From NCBI RefSeq assembly GCF_000002075.1, contig NW_004797297.1, positions 2,219,272 to 2,283,271 of the forward strand: 64,000 nt of DNA, read 5' to 3'. Source of the stretch: Aplysia californica (Eukaryota). Positions within the stretch are counted from its first letter, which is position 1. Each line of letters starts with the position of its first letter. Below the pieces are notes generated by a model. It did not search any database. It was not told the origin of the DNA and saw only the letters and a program-made list of their open reading frames with translations. Position numbers and translations under genes: made by a program. Positions 25,717-39,345 of this stretch are shown here, in pieces.

Positions 25717-26547
25717 CGTGTGTGTGTGGAGAGGGGAGGGGGGGAAGAGTATCACTCATCTTTTTGCTAGTGTGTCTCCCGCATTGGCGTGGTCAGTCCT
25801 GACAGGTGAGGTTCAAAGCCCACCCTCTAGTTGATCTAAATTGTGTTGATGAGGCCAAGTAAATTTAAAGTCATCCTTATCACATCAGGCCTCATGTGGT
25901 GTATGCTCCTCTGATGCTTGACATTTAGTGTAAGCACTACATACAAATTGAAACCTTGATTCTTTTCAGCCTAAGTTCTAGTATGTATATTTTGGGGACA
26001 ATTTTATTTTGATATGGTAAACACATTTGGAACATAGTTCGCATGGCGCTCATATGACCTTATGCAGTTGCGAGCGCCGTAAAACCTCTACTATAACTAA
26101 ACTAAACTTAGCATAGTTCCATATTTTGCTAAAGCTTTGATTTGTAACATATTGTCCTAGCTTGCACTTTTATTTTACTAGATTCTAGTACTTTTCTACG
26201 CTTTTATTTTAGTCTCCTGTTATTTTTAAAATGAAAATTTCTATAATGCAATAATAGTATAATATAACAGCTATCAAGTTATCAGTCTTTACTCTTTGGT
26301 TTGATGTTTTGTTAGTTCTTTCCAAAGATAAAGTTCCATTTCACCGTAAAAGTTGGATCCATTTTTGGAGAACACAAACTTGCATTGTGGATTTACTTCT
26401 TGTAAGGAGATAGGAATTATTGATTTCATTATACTGTTGTCTTTGAGTTTTGTATCAATGACAGCATTGTTTACTTACCAGCTGGTCTGACATAACTGAC
26501 AATTACTTTTAATTATTGAAGAGAATTCAGGAGTCATAGTTAACCAT

Positions 26548-26750
26548 GGGTGCTCCAGCAGCTCAGTTGGTATCATGTTAGACTATGGATCGGATGGCCC
26601 TGGTTCGAATCCCAGACTGCGCTTTCTTGAACTCAGATCATATTGTAGAGTTTTCAAGGCTTGGTCTTTTTGGGGATGGATGTTAAATTTAGGAGATTCC
26701 ACTTCTTGATTTACCTTCTAATAGTGTTGATGGGGAGTAAACCCAAACAA
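26548..26750 (+). mobile_element. tRNA-derived SINE-like element (3' limit approximate)
   Basis: A box agctcagttgg (26560-26570) and B box ggttcgaatccc (26602-26613); stems too degenerate for a functional tRNA. Confidence 0.55.
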
Positions 26751-26799
26751 TTACTTAATAGTTAAGGGATGTGGAAACGAATGTCTCTGCTCATAGCAC

Positions 26800-27242
26800 A
26801 TATGTGAGGCAGCGTGGTGAAATCAGGCTCTAGTCAATATAATCAAAGTGAAGAAACTTGCATTTTTCCGCAGGCTTGTGAATTTTTATCAAATTTTTGT
26901 TTTTTGGTTCAACACCTTTCATGCCCATTAAAGAACTCATTTCTGTGTAGATTTTTCTGAAAAACGTTGATGAAAGGCACAAAAAATGTAAATTTTCAGT
27001 TACCACAGACTCTTATGCTAAGGAAATAACTAATCTTTGGCGGCCATTTTCTCACTACTTTTACCTCTGAAAACAGGTGACCCCCACCTCCTTCATTTGC
27101 AAATATCTCGACTTGTATTCAAGATAAATGGGTATTTTTTTCATCCAAATAAAGGCAAGTGAACAAGCTTTAAGATGATACCAATAACTCTACATGCCCA
27201 AAAATTGACGAGAGCCTGATTCCTCCACGGTGCCTCACATAT
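26800..27242. mobile_element. MITE with ~39 bp TIRs, superfamily unassigned
   Basis: atatgtgaggcagcgtggtgaaatcaggctctagtcaat vs reverse complement of attgacgagagcctgattcctccacggtgcctcacatat. Confidence 0.8.
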
Positions 27243-27498
27243 TTTTTCATTTAAGAGACTGCGTTTCAGTTAGATTTGATAAGCCGTTGATGACACTTCT
27301 TGTAGCGGTATTATTAGAAAACATGCTGTAGTTTGCTATGTTCTTAGCTGGTCTTCTCAGCTGGAGCTCCTGGCCTTATCACTTTGTTGCATCCCACGTC
27401 TATTTCACCTCTTGCCTCCTCCACAAATATTGCTGTTGTATCTGTGTGACCTTGTGACCTTTGTGATCCTGCATGCGTGTGATGTGTTGCTTCGACAG

Positions 27499-27621
27499 AC
27501 TGCAGCATGCCCCCAGCAGACAGCATGAGCTCTGAGAAGTATTTCACCATTCCACGGAGTGGAGAGGCCAGCTTGGCCTATCGTGCGGCTCTGGCCTCCA
27601 TGCGGCCTGCCTCCACTGCAG
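27499..27621 (+). CDS. MTSS1: MTSS1-like exon I
   Basis: cgacag|ACTGCA...TGCAG|gttggt, phase 1-1. KYFTIPRSGEASLAYRAALASMRPASTAG matches MIM TIPRNS...Y...RPASTAG. Confidence 0.9.
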
Positions 27622-28365
27622 GTTGGTGTGTGTGGACCCAGACTAACTCAGACTGCTCGGACCACTCTCTGGTCGGTCATATTTGGCCGGAGACCAGTCT
27701 GTGCCCATTTAGACTCGCTAAAAATCTGTGACAATGTGAACTCATGAGTCAGTCTGTTGCAATTTGAATTGAAAGTTCACATTGATGTAAGTCAATCTGT
27801 GCAATTTGAACTCCCTGAAGTCTTTCTGGTGGGCTTGCTGTCTGACATTCTCAAGAATGTCAGATATTTTAACGGGCGGCCACAGAAAAACAGTAACTTT
27901 TCTTGGGTGGTGTTAAATTTATCACAATCTGGTAACATGAAATAAATATCCACCTTTTCTGGTCATGTGTGAATTTTGGTGGATTATCTCTCCTTTTCTG
28001 GCTTAGTGCTCCTTATCAAACGAGAACAATGTTGACTCTCAAATAATTTTTAGAACATTTGTGTCTTTTTTTTCATCTAAAAACAGCGGCTTGATTATTT
28101 CATGAGTTCAAAGTGTTTGAGGTTTGGCTAATGTTTTTGTAATTTAGGATAGAAAAGATAGGTCAGATATCAGATCTAGGGAGAGGAGATATCAAGTAAG
28201 GTTAAATAGAAACATCAGTCAGACTTCTGAGTCCACCCAACTTCTTTTCAGGCTGTGGCCAAAGTCTGTATTCATCAAGAGGAAAAGCTGAGATCTAGGC
28301 ATGAAAAGCTTTTGTTTGAGTGCCCCTAATGTCACGATAGTTATTAGCGGTGTTTCTGTGTTGTC

Positions 28366-28590
28366 GGTATAAAGCTAAAATGTCATATCTGCACAGTTTA
28401 AAATTTTAAGCCGTGGTCATCAGTCGCAGATGCCATTTCTGTCATTTACTAATGATCATATCTTTAGTTTGAAAATGCAGCTGTAAATGATTCTTAGTTG
28501 CATCGTCTACTGAAATTGAGCTCCTTTCAAATTTTTAAACGCTTTTTCTCAAAACACTTTTTTGCAGATATGACAATCTTGCATTATACC
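28366..28590. mobile_element. Small MITE with imperfect ~28 bp TIRs
   Basis: ggtataaagctaaaatgtcatatctgca ... tgcagatatgacaatcttgcattatacc. Confidence 0.6.
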
Positions 28591-29228
28591 TTCAATGTGT
28601 GCCCTATCACACTGAGTGTGTTACTGTTGTAATATTGTGAAAAATATTTGTGTGTTTTATGGCAATGTCTGGTTCTGCACACACTGCACATTGAGTGTAA
28701 CCGCCCTCTGCACCAACACACAACACATGTGAACTGAGAACATATACATGTCTAGTATCATGTGTGTATTTCTAGTTGACGCAATGGGTGGAGAGTGTAT
28801 GACAGGACTGAGTCCTCTAGCTTGTGCTTTGCATCTTGTTCCTATCTTGGAACATCTGCTAGTTTGCTTGGTAAATAAAAATGCTTTATGGTGAAAGTAG
28901 TGGTAAATAGATATAGATATATTTGTCTGTTTTATTTATGGTACCGACTGCATGCTAAGTTGTATTTTTAAGGGATTGAATCGATTCACTGTTTTCTTTT
29001 CGGCGTTATTATGTGTATGTTGAATGTTAAAAGCCAGTGCTGACATTTTTTTGTATATCAAGCGGATTTTTTGGGGGGTGTTTTGAATAAAAAATACTTG
29101 TAAATTTTCAGAAGTAATTCAATAATGAAGTATTTTTCTTTTCAGTTTTATCATCTAAAGCATTTTGTTTTCCTACAAGCGGTTGATAATATTACAAAAT
29201 CTGATTCTTGTCTTGTTCACCTGTGTAG

Positions 29229-30472
29229 GTATCCCCGTGTCTGGCACGAATGTCTCAAGACGTTGTTCCGTCAACTCCCAAAAGCCCCCACCTCCAGTAA
29301 GACGAACAGCCTCGGTGACAGGGTCAACTCCAGTCCATGTTCAGAAACTTCGGAACTCGCCCCCACGGCAGTTGTCGGCCGACGGAGTCGAAGACGTGTA
29401 CGCCATGGGTGGTGGGGAGGGAATGGTGGAAGGTCCTTATGCTGAGCTGCAGCTGATCCAGCAGTCTATTCATGGTGCGGGGGGAACAAGGCCGGGGCCT
29501 GCCACACCCACCAAACCCACACAGCGCCCGCCTGGGATGGGCAACTCTCATGGACCAGGGGCACCAGTGCCTCCCTCTACTCAGGAGCCCGTCGCCACGG
29601 CAACAGTGATCCAGAGCCTCAATGCTAAGTTTGCTTCTCTGAACAGCCAGTACCAGGATGGGGTGGAGGTGGCGCCAGAAGGCGTGGCTGGAGTGGTCAG
29701 TCCTGGAGGTGGACCCAAGGGCCAGAAGCCAGCACCTCCTGCCGTCATGCAAAAGCCTGTCCGATCGGGGATCCCCCCTCCTCCATCAGTCATTGCTGCA
29801 CAGCAGGCTCACCCACGTGTGCAGCAGCAACATCCACAGCAGCAGCAGCAGCAGCACTACTACCACCCCCATCAACAACAACAGCGGCCAAACGACCACC
29901 TCGGAGGCCATCCCTCCGCAGCAGGGAGAGGTGCTCACCCTCAAGACCCTAGACGCTCAGCCCATGGACACCCTGGGCACCAGCAACAACATCATCACAA
30001 CCAGCAACCGCGACAGCTTCAGCATGGCAAGAGCTGGCATGGACATCCACAGCAGCAGCACCGGCCTCACCAGCAACAGCTACAGCAGCAGCTCAGTCAC
30101 TCGGGACATTACGCAGAGGCCAACGCTCACCTCCAACACCAACACCAACAGCACCATCAACACCAGCAACGACAACAACACCGCGTGTCCGGCGGAGAGG
30201 AAGACTTTCCGCTACCTCCCACAGCAGAGGAGTTGCAGGAAATGGAGCGGATATACAGCCGCCCGCCTCCCATTGGGCCCTCAGTACAAGCGCCTGTTGG
30301 ACAGAGAGTACAGCAGAAGCGACAGCCTGCCATGCACTCGCAGCAACAACAACAACAACAGCAGCAGCAGCAGCAACAGCAACAACAGGCTCCTCAAGGA
30401 AACGCTGTTCCAGCCTCGTTGTTAATGGAGCTGAAGCGGAGAGTTTCTGTAGACGATTCCTCCAATGCGTAG
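29229..30472 (+). CDS. MTSS1: MTSS1-like terminal exon J (Pro-, Gln-, His-rich; degenerate WH2-like end)
   Basis: gtgtag|GTATCC, phase 1, joins exon I as RPASTAGIP. KPPPPVRR motif, long open frame to TAG at 30470-30472. Confidence 0.88.
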
Positions 30473-33400
30473 ACTTGACATTTTATGATTGTAGATGGAC
30501 TGTGTGAGATGATGGAAACAGGGAAAAACCTTGGCAGACTTTTGTTGAACTGTCAGGTCTTTTTTTGTTTGTTTGTGTTTATGAAATGAGCACGCTTTTG
30601 TGCAGGGCACAACGTTTCTCATTTTTCTGGTACCGGAAGAGAGAATCGGTACAGGCTAAGCCTCACTTTGAATCCGGCATGTGTGGTGCTGGTGTGTTGA
30701 TAATGTGCAATGTGGGAGGGGCTGGAGGGTGTGAGTTGTGTCTGAGGTTAGAGGCTGAGAAGTTCCAGGGAGATGCTGCCAGATGTGTATGGAAATGTGG
30801 CTAGTTGTCTGCTGATTGTGTCAGCTGACTGTTGGTGATTGTATTATTGGTTGGTGACTTCCTTTGTACCTTGTACTCTCTCCTCTAGGGCCATCCACCC
30901 GTGTATTGAATGACATGTTGCTGATGAAATAGTAGTTTATAAGTAGTGTGTATGTACAGTGTACAGAAATCCAGGGGACTCGTTGCAGGCCAGGCCGACT
31001 ATGGGGGCTGTGTTGTGGTTGTGAACTCGCTCCTCAGAGAAATCCTGAGTTTCAATGTTGAATGACATCACAACTAGACTTGCCTTCTACACTACAAGTC
31101 GCACCAAGGGCACATCTTATGAGAGCAGCGCCGCATCTTTAACGCTAGCCCTGTCCTTGTCTCAGACCGGTGTGCGTGTGTGGACAGATCGCTGCTTCTT
31201 CACGTTGCTCCCCTAGACAACAGACCCAAGTTGTAATCTGACATAGAACCGAGTTCGTTAATGCTACTTGCCAAGAGAACATGAAAGAGAAAATGAAGAT
31301 GAGATGTGACCATTTCCAATTAATAGTGTAGAGCTTTGTCGTAACCATAGATCAGTATATCAATATCATCAGTGGTGTTGGGTCCAACCTTACAGACTCC
31401 TAGGTGCGCTTTAAAATTTTCATGGTTTTATCCAGAACTTCATGCTTTACATCATCTATTTATGTACCTGTACCCTAAAGCTAATAGAAATATGTTGCAA
31501 AACTCAAATTCCATTGAAATAACTAACTGCGGGCGGGGAGTTGTCTCTCTTAAAATAAGGCTCTCAAGAGAAGGCCACTTTTTGACCCACTCCCCCATTG
31601 TTGTGCTTATGGTACAAATAAGGGCGACTGAATAAAAAAAGTTGGGATTGCTTTTTTAATTTGATTTTTCTTCCACTCGGGAAGGATGATCTATGTCAGG
31701 TGCCTATCACTTGTCTAGTTTGATTCCTATGTTGATATCAGTGCCAGCTCCAGTTTGAATTATCCCAAGTTCCACTGGATGGTTTGATCTTTTCCAGTGC
31801 ATGATACGGAAAATGAGTTATACAAATGCTCATCAGTTTGTTGGGTTTTTTTCTCTCTGTTAGGGAGAACTGTGCTTTTGAAAAAATGTTAATAAAACAG
31901 CAAGTTGTAAATTTTGTTGAGTTTTACAAATAAAATAAAAAATATCTGGCTGTTAGTGTTATAGTTTGAGTGTACGTCTTAACTAAAGCTCTTACACTTA
32001 CATATTCACCTGAACCCAAGGCATCCAGCCAGGCAGGATTCAGTTTTCATCTAATAGACTTTCAAATAATAGGTTAGCTGTGCTCTATTTTTTTCCTCTC
32101 TTTCTGCTTGGTAACAAAAAATTGCCTGATCATGTGATCAGTGCTGCGTACAGACATTGAGACTACCATGGGGAAGGGGTGTTGCCTGTATATAGTTGTC
32201 CTGTTGTGTTACTTGCAAATTGCTTTGAAGAGAATCAAACCGGCGTAATTAAGAAGTTCTTTCCATGCATCGCACAAACTGTTCTGAACAAGAGATTGCA
32301 GAGGTTTCTTCATCTTTATGGGCATTATTATAATTTTCATACATGCATATTTTATTTCCGAATGTGGGGGATGGAAAATATTTTTATGCTTTGCATTTGA
32401 ATTAAACTCTTCAGTATGCTTTTACAATTTACAATTGTGTTGTAACGTTTCACCTGCACAGTTTCAGCTGGAGAAATTTAAGTCCCTAACTGTTTGTTTT
32501 ATAAAGAGGCTGAACTGTCTTGCAATTAATGATTTCATTGAGACTAGACATTCGATTGTTTTCTTGATACTGCTATTTCTGTACTTAAATATGTACAGGT
32601 TATGTATTTCTAGTGCTCGGAAATCCCAGAGGTGGTTTCCATGTTTGGTAGTATTTTCAGTGACCTGGGAGATAACACAGTGCTTTTGGCTGGCCTTGGT
32701 TTCTATTATTGTGTAAAGAATGTTGGAATGGGAAAACTTGAAAGAGATTCTAATTGTATCGTTAACATCAATTGACATTTTCAGTCTTAAGTCACTCAAG
32801 TGCTTGCTCGCATTATTTTGTTTTTCAAGCTGTTGAAAAGTCGCAGAGATTGGAGCAGATGCAACATGCTGTCCAGCAGGAAAAGGATAAAGATCTGATT
32901 GGTGGACTCATCGGTCTGTGTCAAAATAATGTCAAGGATGTTGAGCTTAGCATTGAGGAATAAACTGTGGTTCACTTTTATCAACATCTGGGCTGTGAAT
33001 TGCTACATCTTTTTGGTTTGTTTGTTCTCATTGACTGTTGGAATATTCTCCGTGACAAGTTTACTTTTCATATTGCTGAATAATCTTTTTGCAACAGAGG
33101 ATGATCTTGTGGTCTTCAGCATAACTTTGCTGCTTAGTCTGTTTTTTTAAGATGAACCCACAATCTGTTGCTAACAAGCTTCAGTATACAGTCATAGTTT
33201 TTTCTTCTTGTTGGCTCCAAACTTTTGACTCCCAGACCTCTGGCTCTACCAAGACTTGATTCTAGCTCTGTTACATCACATTGAAACTCAGAACTTTATT
33301 TTTCTCAATCTACATTGTTGCTGCATTGTGAAGAGTCAGCCACAATTTACATAATTTAGCATTACAATCTACTCTCAAAGTTTCATGGAAGATGCATCGA

Positions 33401-35426
33401 TTCTCACTGGGATTGATTTGTTAATATTCGCTTTGTGCTTTGGTGAATGAAACTGGTGATGAGGAAATTGGGGTCTGTGTATGTCTCGTTCAGTAGTTTG
33501 TGTCTCTGCAGCAGCTATATTGGCACGATCATGATTCTGAAGGAACTTGATGGCCAGAGAACAGTGTTACAGGCTGATTGCTTAATCTGTAACAGTTTAT
33601 AGGTCATAAACTATGCAGGTGTGGACTTTTTGGGGGAAAAGTTCTATGTTGGCTTTTACTCAGTTATGGTTGCTTAAGATTAAGAATCCTTCGTTCATCC
33701 CATTATTTTGTATTTCTTGCTATAAGATCCAAGTTGAATCCACAAACTTATACTCATGAATTCTGCACTCAGTACTGGGAAAGAAAAGCCCGGTAGATTT
33801 CACATATACCTAATTATATATATCGGAAATTTTATATGACTACTCCAGAGAATGCTTTCATTTGCCATTGACTCACGAATGTGTCACTTTTGTTCTCAGA
33901 TCTGTTAGACATCTCATGAAAAAAATCTGACTATATGCTTGCTCTGTGTATTTATTTGTTCAGTTTTATTTCCAAAGATAATTTTCAGTTTGGTTTTGAA
34001 TGTTTTATTATAGCAACAGCATCACCAACAACCGTATACTTGCAGTTGTTGAAACATTCGGATCTGTCTACAGGAACTCTTTTCAGATTGTCAGAAAAAG
34101 TTTGATGCAAAAAGTTTTTTAAAAATAATGTTGTTCTTGATTATATTATGTTGCATTCAGCTCAAATTATGTAACACTTTTCATTACATGATTTAAATGG
34201 GTGTATGTTTGATGCATTTGCATTTTCTATATTGTTGGACTCTAGCTGCAGGAGAATTCTGTGTCCTGTCAATTTCAGACACAGTAAACAAATGGAATGT
34301 TCTTCTCAGTAGTTGTTAGTATATTGTTTTGTGGGAAAGGGGATGAAGGGATGTAAGATAGTTAATAGTGCTTAGAACAGAATAAATCATCTATTCCTTG
34401 TCTGTAATATGGTAGGTTATGTATTTTCCGTAGGTATGTTTTATTTAAAACAATCTTTATTTTTCTTCGCTTGATGGACTGTCGATAGATGATGGACTGG
34501 TAGGATACTACGAGTACAGGAGTCTGAAGTAAGGTTCCTTCTGGCTTTATTTGTTTGTTTTTCTCTTCTCTGTTTGGCATTTCCTTACTTTGTGCCGGGG
34601 GGAGGGGGGGGGGGTGTAAGTAGGGGGGGGGAGGGGAGGTGGTGTAGGTGGGTGGGAGGGGAGGTGGTGTAGGTAGGTGGACGGTGAGCAGTTTGAAACT
34701 GAAAACTCCTCCTTTGGCTGTCTTTAGATGCTGGGCGGGTAGGTGACTCCCAATACATGAGTCTAGTTGAGCTAGTTCAAGGTTCCTCAAGGGTTCATTT
34801 TTCTTCCTTCTGTGAAGCATTACCTTCATGACTGATTGTTGATGAATGCTTGTGCTATCTCTGAATGGTGAAGACTGAGTCCTGTTATTATTGCTTAAAG
34901 GTTATTGGCTCTTGTTTGATATACATTGTGTAGAAGTTATCAAGAATAGAGAGTTTTGCAGTGGCTGAAACATACAGATAGCAGATAATCAGTAACACAT
35001 AGGTGAGACATTTAAGAATAGAACGTAGTCCAGTAGTTCACTTTTTAGCTGTTGAGTCCTTTAAAGTCATTTATACTTGATAGACAAGGCGTGTGGTGTT
35101 TAAGAACCAGTTTGATTGTCGCAGCGTGATGGAAACCTTTGAATTATGGTCTAGGTTTGGTTTTACTCTTTGTTGATCCATATACTGGAATCAGAACGAA
35201 TTTTGTGTTGTTTTTGTGTTGGAGGTAGACACCATTCTCCTTGGAGTGGGCTGATAAATTTTGTACATTCTGTAAATGACCATGTGTACTGCTCTCCTGT
35301 ACAGAATTAAATACTTGTCTGTATTGTTTCCTACATCCCATTTATTTAGCACAGTAATTTATTATTTATTTTGCCATTCAAATGTTCTTGCTTTATTGTG
35401 TTTCCTACTACACAGTGTGCATCCTG

Positions 35427-35491
<65 letters not shown>

Positions 35492-38400
35492 TGTGAGTGA
35501 GTGAGTGTTTGGCATCTGCTAGACCAACCAAGGTGTGGCTGATGTTAAATGAGAATAGAGAATCTGTAGATAGGACAAGTGAAGTCAAAGATCTGTGGGA
35601 ACTAGGGTGTTTGTTGTGTGTTGAAAGTTCGAGAGCCTGTGTTTTTCTGTATGGGTGGTTGATGATGCCATGACGTCTAAACCCTTATGTGTCAGAGGAA
35701 CTTTGGTAGAACTACTTAGTCAACTTTTGCACTTTGTGACAATTCATAGTTGTACTCAGAATTTTTACTCTGTAAACTCTGGCACAGTATGCAGCTCATT
35801 TAACGGGCCCATGCACTATGTGTGTGAAGATTGTGTGTGTGTGTGTGTGTCCATGCATATATGTATTTGTGCATGTATACATGTCCTCAGAGGCCTCACT
35901 GTCAGACTGCTCGTCATTAGTATCTGTTGGGAGCAAAGTGGCAAAAGGTTTGGCCCTGCAACTGAGGTCAAGCTCAGTCTGGTGCAGCAGGGGATATCAT
36001 GTGCTGGCTTTGCAAGTACTTCACTGAACCATGCGCATGCCTGAAGATTGTATGCAATGTGTTCTTATTCTTTTCTGAAAGTATCACAGGTGATAGAATA
36101 AGTATCAATGCAGTTTAGTAAAGCAAAAAATCCCCCCCCTTCATAAAAACCCCAACAAAATTAAAGGTTAAAGTCCTTAATATACATAATATTTATAACA
36201 TGTAAAAGAGTACTCTGAGGCCGTCTGACTCGAATCAGGCCAGATATGAGTGCGAGAAAGGGATGAAGAAGGGGGTGGGCCATAGTTGTTCTTGTTGTTT
36301 ATGTGCTGTGCTTAACTCTTAGGTAATTTTATTTTCCATGGAATAACAAGCAGAGAGATCCCCCTGAAGGGTGCCATGAGTCAGCTGCTGAGGACAGTAC
36401 CATCTGATCTCAACAAATGTACATAGAGACACCTCAGACTGACAATCCTGTCAGTGCTGTGAAGAGGCGGAGGAAAGGTGTACTCGCAAACTTTTTACTT
36501 ACATCTAAGTTAAAACTTACATAATGTACTGGCTTTTCAATCCCATACTCAGCCTAGCATTTAGCTTGCTCTGTTGTATACTCTAAGATGTTGTAGGGTC
36601 AGATTATTTTTTGAGATTTGTTCTCATGTTTTCCATTTCCACTGAAGAAGTTGCCATGTCTATTATCAGAAAATCCATCCGAAAAATGAGATGAAAAAAA
36701 AAATGATTGCAAGAAGTTCCTGCTCCTGGTTTTGATCTGAAAGTCTTGTAGACTGTTTTCCATATATTGCTCCTGATGATACATTTTGATAGAAGATGTG
36801 CTCAGAATATATAATTTCGAATGGAATTTCATAATTTCTATTTTTGTGCATGAAAAAGGTGTGACGCATTAAAATCCCTGCACCTGAAATTCAGTTTCTG
36901 AAGTGTTATGCCTTGGTAAGTTTTGGTAGTTTATGTTTCGTCATGCATACATTTAATGCCAAAAATGCTGATTATGCGAATTCAGCTGTGAACATTTTTT
37001 TCCGAGATTTATCAGAACAATTCCACGGTATTCAAGACATTCAAAAGGTGGAAAGCCGAATTCTGCTTTTGTTGTCATGCAGGACGTCCCTCTGTCATTT
37101 GTTATATGGACCAGGTTGTTGCTCCCTTCCCCTGTTGGGTCTGCCTTCATGTATTTTCGGGATCGTGTAGCTCTGAGAAAACTTGACTCTCCAGCCCACA
37201 TGCTGTTGCTGTTAGTCAAGTGTATTTGGAATTCAACAAAACCTCGTAAATGAGAGCTGAGTAAATATTTTCTGTCTCTGAGAAAATTGTGTGAGCGTAG
37301 AGAGTTTTTCAAACTTTGAATGAGTTTTCAAATGTAGAATGGAATGTTTTTTGTAGGAATATATTTGTGTCTGAAGCTATCGACATTTAGCTCATATAAT
37401 TAATTGCTCATACTCATATATAGTTTGGTGAGGATTGTGCACAAGTCCACTCAAAATTAAAAATGAGATGCCAGTTTCTGATGTGGTATATGTATATATA
37501 TATACATGCCTCAACTTGTACAAACTTTGAGATTTTAGGCTTTAAAAGTATCTTGCCGATTATGTATTTTTGATTTGATTGAAATTATTCTACAATACAG
37601 CTGAATCATACTGGTAGTTGACGTACATAGATGACTTACTTTATTCCTAAGGTCTGCCGTCTTGAAAAACGCAGACAGGAAAGCATGTAACTATGTTATC
37701 GATGTGGAAGTGAAAGTTGCANNNNNNNNNNNNNNNNNNNNNNNNNNNNNNNNNNNNNNNNNNNNNNNNNNNNNNNNNNNNNNNNNNNNNNNNNNNNNNN
37801 NNNNNNNNNNNNNNNNNNNNNNNNNNNNNNNNNNNNNNNNNNNNNNNNNNNNNNNNNNNNNNNNNNNNNNNNNNNNNNNNNNNNNNNNNNNGTGATATCG
37901 GCCATCATTTGATTGGTTCTGTTTGTGGCTGATGATTGATGTGGTCCTGATTGATTTTTAGTAGCCCCAGTATCCAGGCAACTCCCTCATTTGTTGTCTT
38001 ATCTACCTGAGTTGGGTTGGTTTTTTTTGTTTTTTTTTAAACCATACGAACTTCATATTTTGTCCTTATTTGTGCTGTTTAGTTTTAGACGGATTTTTTT
38101 TCCTTTTCATGTATTTTGTGCTGTTCTTTGGTTTAGTGATGGAAAATACATCGCATGTCTCAAAAGTAGTTACTGTGTTTGTTGGTTTGTGTCTTGCAGT
38201 GGTTGTTTGAATTTGAAGATGGGTGGTTGGTGAGTGCTCTGGTGTGGTTTTCCCCTTCTACAGAATTGAAGATGGCAATAGAAATAATACTAAAATAGGC
38301 CCACTGTTTCTGTTATCCTGTTTAACTAAACATGCAAAGGATCGAAACACAGACAGATACAGTCAAAAACAGACATGCTATACAAGTCATCCTTCTCCTC

Positions 38401-38660
38401 TAGTCTAGCCATAAGTGGTTTGACTTAGAATGAAACATTTGTGCTTGTTCTTCTTTCCTATCAAACATCTATCGTCCTTATCTCCCCTTCTTTTTTTATG
38501 CTTGTTACTCTCTTGTAACTCCTCTAATCTTCTGGCGCTCATATGACATTATGCAGTAGCGAGCGCTGTAAAACCTGTACTAAAAAAAAAAGGTTTAATT
38601 TTACATAATTGTGGAGTTTGACTCTTGGCTTAATCAAATAATCGGCGTCTATTGTGCAGC

Positions 38661-38760
38661 AGTTGGGCCAAAGATAGTATGGTTGGGCGCTTCATCGTCT
38701 CAGGCAGAAGACCCGAATTCGATTCTTAAGTGGGGAGAATTTTTATCGAGTGGTTGGGCC
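38661..38760 (+). mobile_element. tRNA-derived SINE head (tRNA-Glu-like), same family as 49505
   Basis: ggcgcttc..gtctc..gca.aagacccgaattcgattct...gtgggga is shared with 49505-49580. Confidence 0.55.
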
Positions 38761-38834
38761 TATTTGTGGGAGGCTGTACCCCTCTCAGCCTGGATTGTCA
38801 CTGACATACATGGTGGATGCCCTCTATTAAGCTG

Positions 38835-39000
38835 ATCGGCGGGGCGGCAATGACCTCTAAGTCTTACTCAACTGCGGCTCGACCTGAGGGCCCGGAGGAC
38901 CCCCATATCTTTGCCTCCCGACGTGAGAAGTGCGAGTAGTATCGTCGTATATCCGGGCGGGATTCTGACTTGGAGGCGTTCGGCCATAATCCATCAGATG
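38835..39000 (-). pseudogene. Short dispersed 28S rRNA 3'-region fragment
   Basis: Reverse complement catctgatggattatggccgaacgcctccaagtcagaatcccgcccgga..acgatac matches the conserved LSU block CATCTGTGGGATTATGACTGAACGCCTCTAAGTCAGAATCCCGCCC. Core 38940-39000; the GC-rich extension is inferred. Confidence 0.75.
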
Positions 39001-39345
39001 AGAGTTAAAATTCTAAATTTAAAAAAAGCAAGAAAAGATACATAATGTTGTTAAATGATCTTAGTTATACCGATGTGGGTGTTATAACACCTGCATTTTA
39101 TTTTAGCTTGATTCGCCGCAGTCACCATGTCTCCCATCAGTTGTTCCTTACCTTTAACTCTCCACCCGTGGTAAGGTAGTCAAAAAGATTGGAATCAAGT
39201 CAATTTTAAGTTCAGTTTGCTAGTCAATGTTGTGGTGACAAGTTGACCTTCTCAGGACGAACGTAAAGTAACTGAAAAAAGCTGTGGCCCGGATGAGGAC
39301 ACTTTACAGTATTTTGATGACCAAAGCAATCAGTGAAGTTGTTGA

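Noticed and set aside
26548-26621. Possible tRNA gene (also 49505 and 55153)
   Set aside because: A and B boxes are present but acceptor and anticodon stems do not pair, and SINE bodies follow.
29324-30425. Overlapping 255 aa (+) and 142 aa (-) ORFs in exon J
   Set aside because: Shadow frames of GC-rich CAG-repeat coding sequence; no independent motifs.
30473-37700. Very long MTSS1 3'UTR
   Set aside because: Repeat-poor AT-rich sequence with several AATAAA (e.g. 31631, 31891) is compatible, but the end cannot be placed without transcript data.
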